From a virus, in IMG/VR virus record IMGVR_UViG_3300020438_004021, positions 64,001-128,000 of that record: DNA of 64,000 nt. One strand, 5' to 3'. Below are positions 24,628 to 34,732 of this stretch, one piece after another. The position numbers and the translations under genes are program-made. The number at the start of each line of letters is the position of its first letter. Positions within the stretch are counted from its first letter, which is position 1. The notes under the pieces were generated by a model that was not told where the DNA came from, did not search any database, and saw only the letters and a program-made list of their open reading frames with translations.

Positions 24628-25338
24628 TTACACGAAAAAATCCTGAATCGACTCCAACACCAACTCATTTCTGGTATCGCATTTACCACAAGTAAATGAT
24701 GCGTCATGCTTCATTGAAGGCATGGTCTCGAAGAATTTCTGAATCTTCAAAAATTGGTCTTGATTAAGACTTTCAACGAATTCATTTAAGTCTGAGTCTG
24801 AATAATCTTTCGCATTATATACTTTATCGGAGTCATATATCTTATCGATGCAAGAGTTTACCAACCTAACGGGGTCTTTTGTTATGACTTCTCTGGTGGA
24901 TTCATCAATAGTCATTCCGAAGGTAGGATATTTCATAACCACACCTATTTCTTCCGTAAGTTGTATCTTGCTGTCATGATCATCTACCATGTTCATTTTG
25001 ACACTTTCTATGTCTATATTCAGGGTATAATCATTTTTGCAATTCTTACATGGCATCACTACCTTGATGGTCTCACCTATAGACTTAGCCCTAAGGTTGA
25101 GGAATAGGTATTCTACATCAAAAGTGGGTAGGTCTTTAACCCTAGTACCATCTCTGAAGTCTACACAGTCTTCTAATATGCTACTAATCGCATTGGTCAT
25201 CTGACTTTCATTGCCAGACTCCACTGCCATCAGCAGGATTTTCTCTTCTTTCACCAGAAACGGTCTATACTTTACTTCCATATTATTAGATGGTAGTTTC
25301 AAAGTATATTCTGGTGTTGCTAGTTTAGGTAATGCCAT
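24628..25338 (-). CDS. 26: Baseplate hub assembly chaperone gp26
   Basis: MALPKL.TPEY.LKLPS...KYRPFLVKEEKILL...FDVEYLFL.LRAKS.GE. Confidence 0.92.
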   Translation of the reverse strand: MALPKLATPEYTLKLPSNNMEVKYRPFLVKEEKILLMAVESGNESQMTNAISSILEDCVDFRDGTRVKDLPTFDVEYLFLNLRAKSIGETIKVVMPCKNCKNDYTLNIDIESVKMNMVDDHDSKIQLTEEIGVVMKYPTFGMTIDESTREVITKDPVRLVNSCIDKIYDSDKVYNAKDYSDSDLNEFVESLNQDQFLKIQKFFETMPSMKHDASFTCGKCDTRNELVLESIQDFFV

Positions 25339-25364
25339 TCAATTCATCTCCTTATAATAAATCA

Positions 25365-26120
25365 TCACGAGAACCAATTACTGAAGTTGCCAAGATTCAC
25401 CTTGGTAACCTTCTTATTCACCACTGCTCCAGCGTCTGCGAATCTCTCTATGACCTGAGAGTAGTTAAACGGATTTCCATATTTTCCACCCAATATTCCG
25501 ACATCATTTATGAGAGAGCCTGCGCTGTCATCAAATTCTCTCACCGCATCTATGTCATATAAGAACTCTTCTGCAACTGCCAAACCGAAGTTTACAATCG
25601 TGGGCACATACCTTCTGAATGAGAGTGTCATTGTCTGTTGGGCAACTTCGTTGCCCCCCTGATTGGTGAACTCCACTTCTGATACTGCTTTAGGGAACAC
25701 TTCTTCTAGTCGTATCCTATATATCGGCATGTCGAATTCGTTGAGAACGTACATGAACATGTCACAGGTATAATCTTTGTAATATCCTAGCCTCCCAGTT
25801 ATTGGGTCGACTATTGTATCTTGCCAAGTTTCAAATATTCTTCTTTCCCATAAGTCCTTAGCGAGGTAGAAAGATAAGTTCACCTCACCCGAATATAGCG
25901 GTTCATAGGGAATCTCCCTTTGGGGACCGGATGAGTTCCTGTCTGGTGTAGTTGCTATCGATCTACCCGGCAAGGTCATCGAAGTACACATTAGACTCAG
26001 CCTGTTTCCTAGTGCTAAGTCAGCAATACCTAATATACCCGAGAATTCTATTAGATACTTGTTAGGTGCAAAAACACCGAACTTTTTAATATTTGCTATC
26101 ATTCTGTCTATTCTTGGCAT
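25365..26120 (-). CDS. Tail tube initiator gp54 / tube-fold protein
   Basis: Tube-protein fold motifs (C.S.TLPGR, FE.WQ, EVFPK.V). Confidence 0.7.
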   Translation of the reverse strand: MPRIDRMIANIKKFGVFAPNKYLIEFSGILGIADLALGNRLSLMCTSMTLPGRSIATTPDRNSSGPQREIPYEPLYSGEVNLSFYLAKDLWERRIFETWQDTIVDPITGRLGYYKDYTCDMFMYVLNEFDMPIYRIRLEEVFPKAVSEVEFTNQGGNEVAQQTMTLSFRRYVPTIVNFGLAVAEEFLYDIDAVREFDDSAGSLINDVGILGGKYGNPFNYSQVIERFADAGAVVNKKVTKVNLGNFSNWFS

Positions 26121-26133
26121 ATCTACCTCTTTT

Positions 26134-26141
26134 TATTTATA
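26134..26141 (-). promoter_or_regulatory. Late promoter TATAAATA (second copy at 26145-26152)
   Basis: Exact motif on the minus strand upstream of the tube-initiator gene. Confidence 0.65.
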
Positions 26142-26748
26142 TTTTATTTATACTGTCTACCCATACTTTAGTGTCACTAGCACCCACAAAAGATTCTGTT
26201 GGAAGATAAATTGCGGTGGTCCAGTCCGAAGGATTTATGAAAAGCATGTTAGATACTACTCTCTTCCTAAGGTATCTCTTGTAGCATGGTTTGAACCATT
26301 TGAATCTTCTACCTCTGATTAGAATATCATAGGTTACCTTAAATCTGGTGGTCTCATCATATCTATCGTTGTTAGTTATGTCTAAGAGTCTGATTAACAA
26401 CTGCTGCCTGGCAACGTGAGGAAGATAATGCAGGTTGAGGCCATGAATGTATTTTCTGTCCCAGCCTAAAGTTATGACTAGAGGTAGTCTGTCGTAATAA
26501 GGCAGTGTGTTCTTTCCCTTGGGGCTATATGCGAACATATACATCTTGCCAGATTTCCTAGTGGCAGGACCTTCCATTTCACCAAATTCTTTGATACCAA
26601 CTTTACTTTTACCGAAGAGTTCCCCAACTTTATCCCTATACCACTGCCAGGACGACTTCTGTTGGGGGTCTGCTCCTTGGGAAGGCCTTTTATTATCTAA
26701 TAATGCTAGCGATGTTATCCTAGAAATGGGCGATGGTTTCTTTGCCAT
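26137..26748 (-). CDS. 2: DNA end protector protein gp2
   Basis: GKMYMFAY.PK.K.TLPYYD..PLV...GLNLHYLP. Confidence 0.9.
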   Translation of the reverse strand: MAKKPSPISRITSLALLDNKRPSQGADPQQKSSWQWYRDKVGELFGKSKVGIKEFGEMEGPATRKSGKMYMFAYSPKGKNTLPYYDRLPLVITLGWDRKYIHGLNLHYLPHVARQQLLIRLLDITNNDRYDETTRFKVTYDILIRGRRFKWFKPCYKRYLRKRVVSNMLFINPSDWTTAIYLPTESFVGASDTKVWVDSINKI

Positions 26749-27200
26749 TACTTTTTATTTCCCCTCTTGTAAAGGTGGTCTTCTGTCAGTATTTTGAAGT
26801 TCCATCCTTTATTCTCTGCGAATTCTCTAGCCGCTTCCCACTTAGCGGAGTTTACACCCCACCTCATCACTTCGTTGAAATACCTTCTAGTCTTCCTATT
26901 GCCTTTTTTATTCGGTTCCTTACATTGTGCCTTAGGTTTCACCTCTATTAGTGTAACCTCTTTGAAACCTCTCTTGTTTATCGTCTCTACGATGAAATCC
27001 ACATAGTATCTGTGCATCTTATTGTCTTTTGGGGACATATAGGGTATTACCACCTCTTCCGAACCCCAAGAGAGTACAGAATCGTTGTCATCGCAGAATA
27101 CCATGAATCTTCTCTCCCACAGAGAACGATAGATGACCTTGGTCGGGTCTCCTAAATATTTTTTGGGATTCTTCGGTTTGTACTTTCCCTTGTAAGCCAT
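26748..27200 (-). CDS. 4: Head completion nuclease gp4
   Basis: MAYKGKYKPKNPKKYLGD...YRSLWE...W.SEE...HRYYVDF...EVKP. Confidence 0.95.
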   Translation of the reverse strand: MAYKGKYKPKNPKKYLGDPTKVIYRSLWERRFMVFCDDNDSVLSWGSEEVVIPYMSPKDNKMHRYYVDFIVETINKRGFKEVTLIEVKPKAQCKEPNKKGNRKTRRYFNEVMRWGVNSAKWEAAREFAENKGWNFKILTEDHLYKRGNKK

Positions 27201-27260
27201 CCCTGTGTAACCTTTATATATAATTATGTATAATTGTCAATAAATATTGGGGAGATAAAA

Positions 27261-28553
27261 ATGTCCGAAACACCAGTAGGAGCAGTTGGTCCGATAAATG
27301 ACGGGGCCGACAGTTCTTCGAACTCAAGAATAGAGAACTTTGTTAACAACATGGGGGATGCAGCCTTCTTTGATGCTTTCCAAAGTTCTGGTAACCTCCA
27401 TAACTTAAAAGGTAACCAAGGAACTAGGATAGTATTCCCAGAGACTATGCATAATGACCCGCAGTTTGGTCATATCATTCATTTTGATATCTTCTACAAG
27501 AAAAGTCCGAAGATGGAAGACGTTACAAATGGTATTAAGAACCTGTTCTCCACCGTAAAGAATAACCTATCTGGTGTGGCAGATGGTGTAGGCAGTGGTC
27601 AAGATATCGGGGAGATTGCCAGTGGTGCTTTACCCGGCGGTGATGCCGTCTCCAACGAGGCAAACAATTTCATCAGTAATGGTTCTGTCAACGATCAGAC
27701 TGATGGTCTGATTGGTGGGTTGCTCCAAGGAGTGCTCGCTAGCACTCTAGGTGGATTCAGTGACATTTTCGGTGGTGGTGGACAGGGATTTGCATTTGAT
27801 ACCAGCGATTTCGGTGCTTTGGGTTCGGTGATATCGAATGACCCGGTGACCCAAGACACCAGACTTGGAAAGGCTACCGAAGAATCTCTAGACAAAATCA
27901 CCTTATATATGCCCAGAGGTTTAAAAAATGTCGACACCCTAAACTATACTGATGTAGATTTTGCACTTATAAAAGGTGCACTAGAGGGAAACTTGGCAGC
28001 ACTACTGCCCGGTATGTCAACCAAAGCTGCTGACTTTGTAGATGGATTAGCAGAAATTGCTGGGACAGAACTAAACACTGGAGAGGCAATCCAAGCGGTC
28101 ACCGGTGCTGTTAGAAATCCTAGGAAAGAGCAATTGTTTGAGAGTGTAGGATTCAGGACTTTCGATTTTACTTTCAACTTGTTCCCTAAATCGGAAAAAG
28201 AGTCGCATGATTTGATGGAGATGGTAAAACTATTCAGATTCCACGCACACCCAGAAATAGTGCCCAATCAGGCATTTTATAACTTTCCATCAGAATTCCA
28301 AATCACATACATCGACCTCAGTTATAGAAATAACAATCCGTTCATTAATGGTCAAGTGGATGGAGTGGTTGCCAAAGAGAACCAGTGGTTGACTAAGGTG
28401 GGGAGATGTGCACTAACTAATATCGCAGTGGATTATTTCCCACAAGACAGCATGTCTACATTCGGTGATGGTGCACCCACTTCCATCAATCTGACTCTGA
28501 CCTTCACAGAGATGCAAACAATCAGCAGAAATCATGTCAAACAAGGATATTGA
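27261..28553 (+). CDS. 48: Baseplate tail tube cap gp48
   Basis: ITLYMP, NPRKEQLFE..GFRTFDFTF.LFPKS.KES, FPSEFQI.Y, LTLTFTE. Confidence 0.85.
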   Translation: MSETPVGAVGPINDGADSSSNSRIENFVNNMGDAAFFDAFQSSGNLHNLKGNQGTRIVFPETMHNDPQFGHIIHFDIFYKKSPKMEDVTNGIKNLFSTVKNNLSGVADGVGSGQDIGEIASGALPGGDAVSNEANNFISNGSVNDQTDGLIGGLLQGVLASTLGGFSDIFGGGGQGFAFDTSDFGALGSVISNDPVTQDTRLGKATEESLDKITLYMPRGLKNVDTLNYTDVDFALIKGALEGNLAALLPGMSTKAADFVDGLAEIAGTELNTGEAIQAVTGAVRNPRKEQLFESVGFRTFDFTFNLFPKSEKESHDLMEMVKLFRFHAHPEIVPNQAFYNFPSEFQITYIDLSYRNNNPFINGQVDGVVAKENQWLTKVGRCALTNIAVDYFPQDSMSTFGDGAPTSINLTLTFTEMQTISRNHVKQGY

Positions 28554-28556
28554 TAA

Positions 28557-29471
28557 ATGTCATATTTCAAAAGATTCCCTAGAATTAAATACTCGTTTGA
28601 CAGTGGAAAGACTAATAAAATCGCTGTAGACATCCTAAGAAGAATAGGATTTAGAGACGAAGCACAAAAAGAGAAGGGACTCCTGATTGACTATATTGTC
28701 AAAGACGGAGATACCCCAGAGAATCTCGCTGACAAAATGTATGGTGACCCAGAATTCCACTGGGTGATATTGCTTTTCAATAATATTATCAATCCATATC
28801 ACGACTGGCCCTTATCTACTAGAAAATTTGAGTCTTTCATTAAAAAGAGGTATCCTGGACAGGCATTCTTCCTGGTAGGAGATGGCGACGAGCAGTTTCC
28901 TAGTTTCAACTTCAATAGGAATGAGACTCTGCTGACAATCACCGGCAACACATTTGATGATGTGTCAAATGTGTCATACGGTTCAACCAACGCAGCCCTA
29001 ATACACAAGTGGGATAAAAATCTTGCCAAGTTAGAACTTACTGGGGTATCTGGTGACTACTCTACCGGAGATTTTGTAGTAGTAATAGGAACTTCTGGAG
29101 ATGGAAGTACATTCAACAAGACTGCTAGGATTAACAAGATAGTGTCATTAAATTATGAATCAGTGCACCACTTCGAGAATCCAATCGACCAGACGATACT
29201 GAATGCATTTGGAGCACCCCCAACCGGAGGCACTGGAGAGCAAAAGGTATTGGGTTCTACTGGCAATTACGACGGTGGAACTACATTGGGTATATCTTGG
29301 GAGAATACCATATTACAGAACTATATCGTGGACGCAGATAGTACCTACGTTAAGACTAATCAAGATTTTGAGAACGAAGAGAACGAGAAGAAGAGGAGTA
29401 TTAAACTTCTAAGACCAGAATTTCTGCAGAGAGTCGTAGAAGAATTTGACAAATTAGTCAGGGGTGTTTGA
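28557..29471 (+). CDS. 53: Baseplate wedge protein gp53
   Basis: MSYFKRFP.I.Y, DGDTPENLA.KMYGDP..HWVILLFNNI.NPY.DWP (LysM-like). Confidence 0.9.
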   Translation: MSYFKRFPRIKYSFDSGKTNKIAVDILRRIGFRDEAQKEKGLLIDYIVKDGDTPENLADKMYGDPEFHWVILLFNNIINPYHDWPLSTRKFESFIKKRYPGQAFFLVGDGDEQFPSFNFNRNETLLTITGNTFDDVSNVSYGSTNAALIHKWDKNLAKLELTGVSGDYSTGDFVVVIGTSGDGSTFNKTARINKIVSLNYESVHHFENPIDQTILNAFGAPPTGGTGEQKVLGSTGNYDGGTTLGISWENTILQNYIVDADSTYVKTNQDFENEENEKKRSIKLLRPEFLQRVVEEFDKLVRGV

Positions 29472-30898
29472 TGAGCGTTCCAGAGATAGACAAGTACAAG
29501 AGACTGAATGACGTAGACGTGTCTAGGGTAGATTTGATATCAGACTCTGGTGGTGTTCTAGACATTAAAGATTTATGCACACACGTTACCATCTATGAAG
29601 ATATGTTCTCACCTACTGGGTTTATGTCTGGGTATATTTACATGTCAGATGCTGTTAACCTCAAATCTCACTTCCCCATAAGTGGACATGAGACCATTCA
29701 CCTTGTTTATAGAACGCCCGGCATGGATGCCGAATATTTAGATCTAAAATTTGATGTCTACTCTATGACTGATAGAACCAAGTCTACTAACGAGAGAAAT
29801 GAGATGTATAGACTGAATTTCATCTCAAAGAAGCATAGAATTAACTGCCAACAGAGGATAAGTAAGAAGTATAAAGGTTTCATATCTGATATAGTGAGAC
29901 TCATCATTGAAGACTATTTTCCGGAAGACACCAAATATTTAATCGAACCCACTCAGGAAGAAATCGATGTGGTAATCCCCAATCTTAAACCTGTTGAGGC
30001 GATTAAATGGTTGGCATCTATGTGCAAGACCAAGCAAGGTCAAAACAACCCTAATTACGTATTTTTCGAGTCTTTTGACCGTCTCAATTTCGTGTCGATG
30101 GGTTCTATGTCAAAAGCACCTGTTAGCAGGCAATACAGCATGTCCCCGACAGGAGTTAGAACTGATGATTTCAAAGACATCTTTAAACAATTCTTGAATG
30201 TACAAGACTTCGCGATATCTAGAGAGTTCAACAGGCATGAAGAATTCGAGGCTGGGTTATTTACTTCCCGACTCTACACTCACGATATAACTACTAAGGA
30301 GTGGGGCATTAAGGTATATAACTACATGTCTGGTTTCTTGAATGACGACCATCTAGAGGAAAATCCGATTGTGCCAAAGGCTAGCAAGTATCTTCTGTCA
30401 ACCAACGGTCCAAGTTATTTCAGACCCAAGCAAAAATTTGGGAACTCCCAACCTTTGGTAGTAGGTGGTGACTCTGCCTCCGAGTGGGAAGGTAAATTAG
30501 AAGAAGGTGAATCTTTCATTCCTAACCAGAACAAACCAGAAGAACATTTCCTTCAGAGGAAATCATCTGTGGGTTCATACAATAATAGGGTGATAAAGGT
30601 AAGAGTAGCGGGAGATTCTAGACTGAGGGCTGGTACGGTCTCAGGAATAAAGATACCGTCCAATGAGCCTCTTGATGATGCAGCCGACAATTGGTTCGAT
30701 AAGTACACTAGTGGCAGGCATATAATTTCTAGGGTTAGACATTCTATTGATAATGTATCGGGTGGTGACTATACTTGTATGGTAGAACTTGCTAGCGACT
30801 CATTGGCAGAACAATACCCAGATAAGAAGACATTTTCTGGTAGTGATACGACCAATAAAGAAGAAGGTTTTGGAACGGAGCAATTAAATGATGGATGA
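29468..30898 (+). CDS. Baseplate hub protein (gp27-like)
   Basis: Position between gp53 and gp5; IYEDMF, FFE...NF, GDSRLRAG, SGRHII..VRH motifs. Confidence 0.7.
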   Translation: MMSVPEIDKYKRLNDVDVSRVDLISDSGGVLDIKDLCTHVTIYEDMFSPTGFMSGYIYMSDAVNLKSHFPISGHETIHLVYRTPGMDAEYLDLKFDVYSMTDRTKSTNERNEMYRLNFISKKHRINCQQRISKKYKGFISDIVRLIIEDYFPEDTKYLIEPTQEEIDVVIPNLKPVEAIKWLASMCKTKQGQNNPNYVFFESFDRLNFVSMGSMSKAPVSRQYSMSPTGVRTDDFKDIFKQFLNVQDFAISREFNRHEEFEAGLFTSRLYTHDITTKEWGIKVYNYMSGFLNDDHLEENPIVPKASKYLLSTNGPSYFRPKQKFGNSQPLVVGGDSASEWEGKLEEGESFIPNQNKPEEHFLQRKSSVGSYNNRVIKVRVAGDSRLRAGTVSGIKIPSNEPLDDAADNWFDKYTSGRHIISRVRHSIDNVSGGDYTCMVELASDSLAEQYPDKKTFSGSDTTNKEEGFGTEQLNDG

Positions 30899-31841
30899 TA
30901 AACTGACCGCTGATATGGATTTTGTTTGGTTTCAAGGTGTCGTAGAAAACCGAGATGACCCTCTGCAATTGGGTAGATGTAAAGTCAGATGCTTGGGTTT
31001 TCACACACACAACAACACTCAACTGAAGACAGAAGAGTTGCCTTGGGCGCACCCATTGCAACCGATTACCTCTGCTGCTATGAGTGGAATCGGTCAGACA
31101 CCCACCGGTCCGGTTTTGGGTACTTGGGTGTTCGGATTTTTCAGGGATGGCAGGAGTGCACAACAACCAGTTATAGTAGGAACTATGGGTGGTATCCCCA
31201 CCGAAAGACCTCCCCAAGAAGTAGGATTCAGTGACCCAACAGGGGTCTACCCGAAAGAAGAGTATATTGGAGAGGCTGACACAAATAGACTAGCAAGAGG
31301 TGTTACTATGGACACCATCGTGCAGAAGAAGTTAGAAAATATAGACGAGATGGAGTTAGCAACAAGCATAGATGGGTCTGACACAGTTAGGGAACCTGAG
31401 ACTAAATATTCTGCTCAGTATCCACTAAATAAGGTAACCGAGTCAGAATCCGGTCACATAATTGAGATTGATGATACCGAAGGCGCAGAAAGAATTCATG
31501 TTTATCACAAGTCAGGTACTTTCCTAGAAGTACACCCAGGAGGAGATATTGTGGTTAAAATAGGTGGTGGTTCAGGAGGATTTTTGACTTTTGGGGCAAA
31601 AGATAGTAATATCAACCTTAAGGGTGATTTTAATATAACGGTAGAGGGAGATTCTAGCATCTACACCAAGGGAGATGCTACCGTTAAGACAGATGGTGAT
31701 TTTAAACATAACGTCACAAATGGAGACTACGAAGTGAATGTGAAAGGTGAAATTAGACTCAACGCAGGCGAGGGAGGGTCATCTATTAAGATGGATGGAA
31801 CTTCAATTAGGGAGAACTCTGGTAGCATATACCTGAACTGA
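30888..31841 (+). CDS. 5: Baseplate central spike gp5 (OB fold + beta-helix, no lysozyme domain)
   Basis: WFQGVVE.RDDP..LGRCKVRC.G.H, LPWA, YPLNKV.ESESGH..E.DDT..AERI..YHKSGT. Confidence 0.92.
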   Translation: MMDDKLTADMDFVWFQGVVENRDDPLQLGRCKVRCLGFHTHNNTQLKTEELPWAHPLQPITSAAMSGIGQTPTGPVLGTWVFGFFRDGRSAQQPVIVGTMGGIPTERPPQEVGFSDPTGVYPKEEYIGEADTNRLARGVTMDTIVQKKLENIDEMELATSIDGSDTVREPETKYSAQYPLNKVTESESGHIIEIDDTEGAERIHVYHKSGTFLEVHPGGDIVVKIGGGSGGFLTFGAKDSNINLKGDFNITVEGDSSIYTKGDATVKTDGDFKHNVTNGDYEVNVKGEIRLNAGEGGSSIKMDGTSIRENSGSIYLN

Positions 31842-31843
31842 TT

Positions 31844-34732
31844 ATGGCAGATATTAACAAAATATTTAACTATCTGAAGAGGCAAGGTGTCAATCTGACA
31901 ACCGGAAGTGCACCTTTGTCTACGGGTAATCCGTCTTTTAAGAATTCTCTGCTTCTTTATGCGGATGAAAATGGAGAATTCCTAACACCACTAATGGTTA
32001 ATGGCATAGTATCAGTTCCCAACAGATCTAATAGTTTGAACGATGCTAATATTACTAGCGGTGTTGATAACACTTTTAAGCAGTCCTTGAAAGCGATCGA
32101 ACGGGCATATAAAAGATGCATACTTAAGGCCATTAGAGATTTTTGCACTGCTAACCCTACAAATGAACAGATATGCGATGAATGGGTACAACCATTTGAT
32201 GGACTTCCTGGTGAAGAATGGGACTTAGAATTGTGGTATGAAAGAATGCCCACAATAATAAAGGCAGCTATTTTGTGCTGCACTCTACATGCAATTGCAG
32301 ATGCGCACTGTGCAAATACAGATGCCTTGTTTAGGATAATAAACAGACAGAGAAGAGACCTAAGGAGGCTGGAAAGGAGATGTGAAGGTGGGGATCCCGG
32401 TGCTTGTTCTGAAGCAGAGGTACTTCGCGAAGCAATTGGTCTCTTTATTACAATGCATGCAAAAATGGTAGATACATGCAGGGCTTTGAGAAATGAGGCG
32501 AATACCTGTACTGAGGGTATTACACCTGAACTGTTTGAACCCGGTTTTCCTAGTCCATATGCGGAAATCACGAAAGAGACACTAAAACTATCTGATAGTC
32601 TCGACAAACTATTGACAAGCTCAGATGACAGCAAGAGCAAGCTTACTATCTCTACGGATTCTATTAAATCTTATCTGACAAAAGAAGAGCTTAAGTTAGT
32701 CATAGACAATGAAGAAGATTTGATAGAAGAAATCAAATCTTCTATAGACACATCTAGGCTAGGTTCTCAGAAGAAGTTAATAGGGGTGGGAAATGCAGTT
32801 ACTTCTGGTGCTCAATCTTCTACCAAGTTAAGAAGTCAGTCAGAGATTGATAAAAGGTCCAGAGGTCTTTTCAAAAATGTGGAGACATTCAACGGTGAGA
32901 CTGGAGATATTTTTGGTGTGAACTCCTTGAATGGTGAGACCGGAAATATTAAGATAAAAGATTTGCCTTTGGTGTCTTCACTAAACGGCTCCACCGGTGT
33001 GGTAGAAGGTGTAAGTGCCTTTAATGGTTCTACTGGTAACGTTGAAGGTGTATCTTCTTTCAATGGAAGTACAGGCGATGTAAAACTAGTTGACCTAATT
33101 GGTGTAAATACATTTAATGGTGTGTCGGGAGACATACAAGGCATCAACACATTCAACAGTGCTACTGGTGCAGTAGAGGGTGTATCCACTTTCAACGGTT
33201 CTACTGGTAGTATTACCTTCGGTTTGAGCAGTTTGGGTATAGCAGCATCAGCAGAAGAAATTAATATCTTAGATGTTAGTGCTTCTTCCATACAAAGCAT
33301 ACTGATAGATGCAGCTTCCGATAGTGTTATAATGAACGATGGTGGTACTGGTGGTTCTCTGAAGCATGTTAGCGTTTCTTCTTGGGAGCAGCATCTTAGA
33401 AATGTATTGGTTTCAACATTCAACAGTGCTACTGGTGCGGTAGAGGGCATCAACACATTCAACAGTGCTACTGGTGCGGTAGAGGGCATCAACACATTCA
33501 ACAGTGCTACTGGTGCAGCAGAAGGTGTCTCTACCTTCAATAGTGCAACCGGTGCAGCAGAAGGTGTCTCTACCTTCAATAGTGCAACTGGTGCGATAGA
33601 TACTTCCACTCTTAGACTTGTCACAAATGGAATATCTGCCAATAACGGAATTTCTTGCGGAGGCAATATAGAACTACCAGAAGATGGTACAATTAGTGTC
33701 GCAGGAGATTCGGAAGTAATAAAACTTAACTTCGGTGGTGGAATATTAGATATCAGTGCTAACCAACTTGATATCCCCAAAAAATTGAGACACAGAGGAG
33801 ATTCTGACACCTACCTTGAGTTCAAAACCGACCATATAGGATTGCAGGCTGGTGGTACTACCTTCGCTTATGGATATTCAGGAGACTTCGTTGCAAATAA
33901 AGGTATGACTGTATTTGGTGATATGTCTATCTCTGGTGATATAATCGTGCAGAGCGGTAAAACCGTCAAAGGAGGAGGTTATACCCTAGGTGCTGGTGGT
34001 GCTACCTTCAGCAGTCCAATTACCATAGAGAACACGGGAGACGTTGCCCTATTCCTCAATGCAGACTCAGACAACTCCGGTGAAAATGATAATCCAATCA
34101 TATCAATGGGTCAAGATGGTGGTGTTGGCAGATTTGAAATCGGTCTGGTGGGAGATGCGGGTCAAAACTACACCGACTCCACTGCAAATGCAGCCTTCTT
34201 GAACACAGGTGCTAGTTACGTCGATTTACAACTCGCCACTCACGATACCGCTAGGGTGACAATACTCAGAACCGGTGAGGTGGGAATAGGCACTAAGACA
34301 CCATCACATGGTCTAGACCTAGAAGGTGGTTTCAATGTGACTGGGGGTGCTACTTTCACAGGTCCAGTAAATGTCACAGACCATGACGTTATTAGACCCA
34401 ACTTAAAAGATTTTTCAGAAACTGTTAACGCAATCGGAACTGTCACCGGAAACACCGCAGTGAACTTTGAAAGCGGCAATGTTCAGACTATTACGATGAA
34501 TGGTAATTGTGAGTTCACATTCACCAACCCACCAGCATCTGGTAAAGCAGGGACAGTTACCTTAATTATCACTAATGGTGGAGCAAACACCACGACTTTC
34601 CACTCCTCTGTGAAATGGCCTAGCGATGTTGCACCTTCATTAACATCTTCTGGTATTGACATCATAACGTTCTTGACAACCGATGCGGGAAGCAACATTT
34701 TCGGATTCGTAGGTGGGTTGAACTTCTCATGA
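31844..34732 (+). CDS. Tail fibre / spike-like virion protein with 13-aa FNG.TG repeats
   Basis: About 13 copies of (V/I)xxFN(G/S)xTGxV; VGIGTKTPSH fibre motif; beta-sandwich C-terminus. Confidence 0.7.
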   Translation: MADINKIFNYLKRQGVNLTTGSAPLSTGNPSFKNSLLLYADENGEFLTPLMVNGIVSVPNRSNSLNDANITSGVDNTFKQSLKAIERAYKRCILKAIRDFCTANPTNEQICDEWVQPFDGLPGEEWDLELWYERMPTIIKAAILCCTLHAIADAHCANTDALFRIINRQRRDLRRLERRCEGGDPGACSEAEVLREAIGLFITMHAKMVDTCRALRNEANTCTEGITPELFEPGFPSPYAEITKETLKLSDSLDKLLTSSDDSKSKLTISTDSIKSYLTKEELKLVIDNEEDLIEEIKSSIDTSRLGSQKKLIGVGNAVTSGAQSSTKLRSQSEIDKRSRGLFKNVETFNGETGDIFGVNSLNGETGNIKIKDLPLVSSLNGSTGVVEGVSAFNGSTGNVEGVSSFNGSTGDVKLVDLIGVNTFNGVSGDIQGINTFNSATGAVEGVSTFNGSTGSITFGLSSLGIAASAEEINILDVSASSIQSILIDAASDSVIMNDGGTGGSLKHVSVSSWEQHLRNVLVSTFNSATGAVEGINTFNSATGAVEGINTFNSATGAAEGVSTFNSATGAAEGVSTFNSATGAIDTSTLRLVTNGISANNGISCGGNIELPEDGTISVAGDSEVIKLNFGGGILDISANQLDIPKKLRHRGDSDTYLEFKTDHIGLQAGGTTFAYGYSGDFVANKGMTVFGDMSISGDIIVQSGKTVKGGGYTLGAGGATFSSPITIENTGDVALFLNADSDNSGENDNPIISMGQDGGVGRFEIGLVGDAGQNYTDSTANAAFLNTGASYVDLQLATHDTARVTILRTGEVGIGTKTPSHGLDLEGGFNVTGGATFTGPVNVTDHDVIRPNLKDFSETVNAIGTVTGNTAVNFESGNVQTITMNGNCEFTFTNPPASGKAGTVTLIITNGGANTTTFHSSVKWPSDVAPSLTSSGIDIITFLTTDAGSNIFGFVGGLNFS
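33412..33597 (+). repeat. Tandem 39-nt repeats within the fibre gene
   Basis: About five units of ACATTCAACAGTGCTACTGGTGCGGTAGAGGGCATCAAC and variants. Confidence 0.85.

Noticed and set aside
33134-33597. Diversity-generating retroelement TR/VR pair
   Set aside because: The repeats are in-frame tandem units within one gene, the differences are not adenine-specific, and no reverse transcriptase is present.
31957-33810. Long minus-strand ORFs (227 and 324 aa)
   Set aside because: Antisense shadows of the fibre gene; the repeats mirror the sense-strand repeats.
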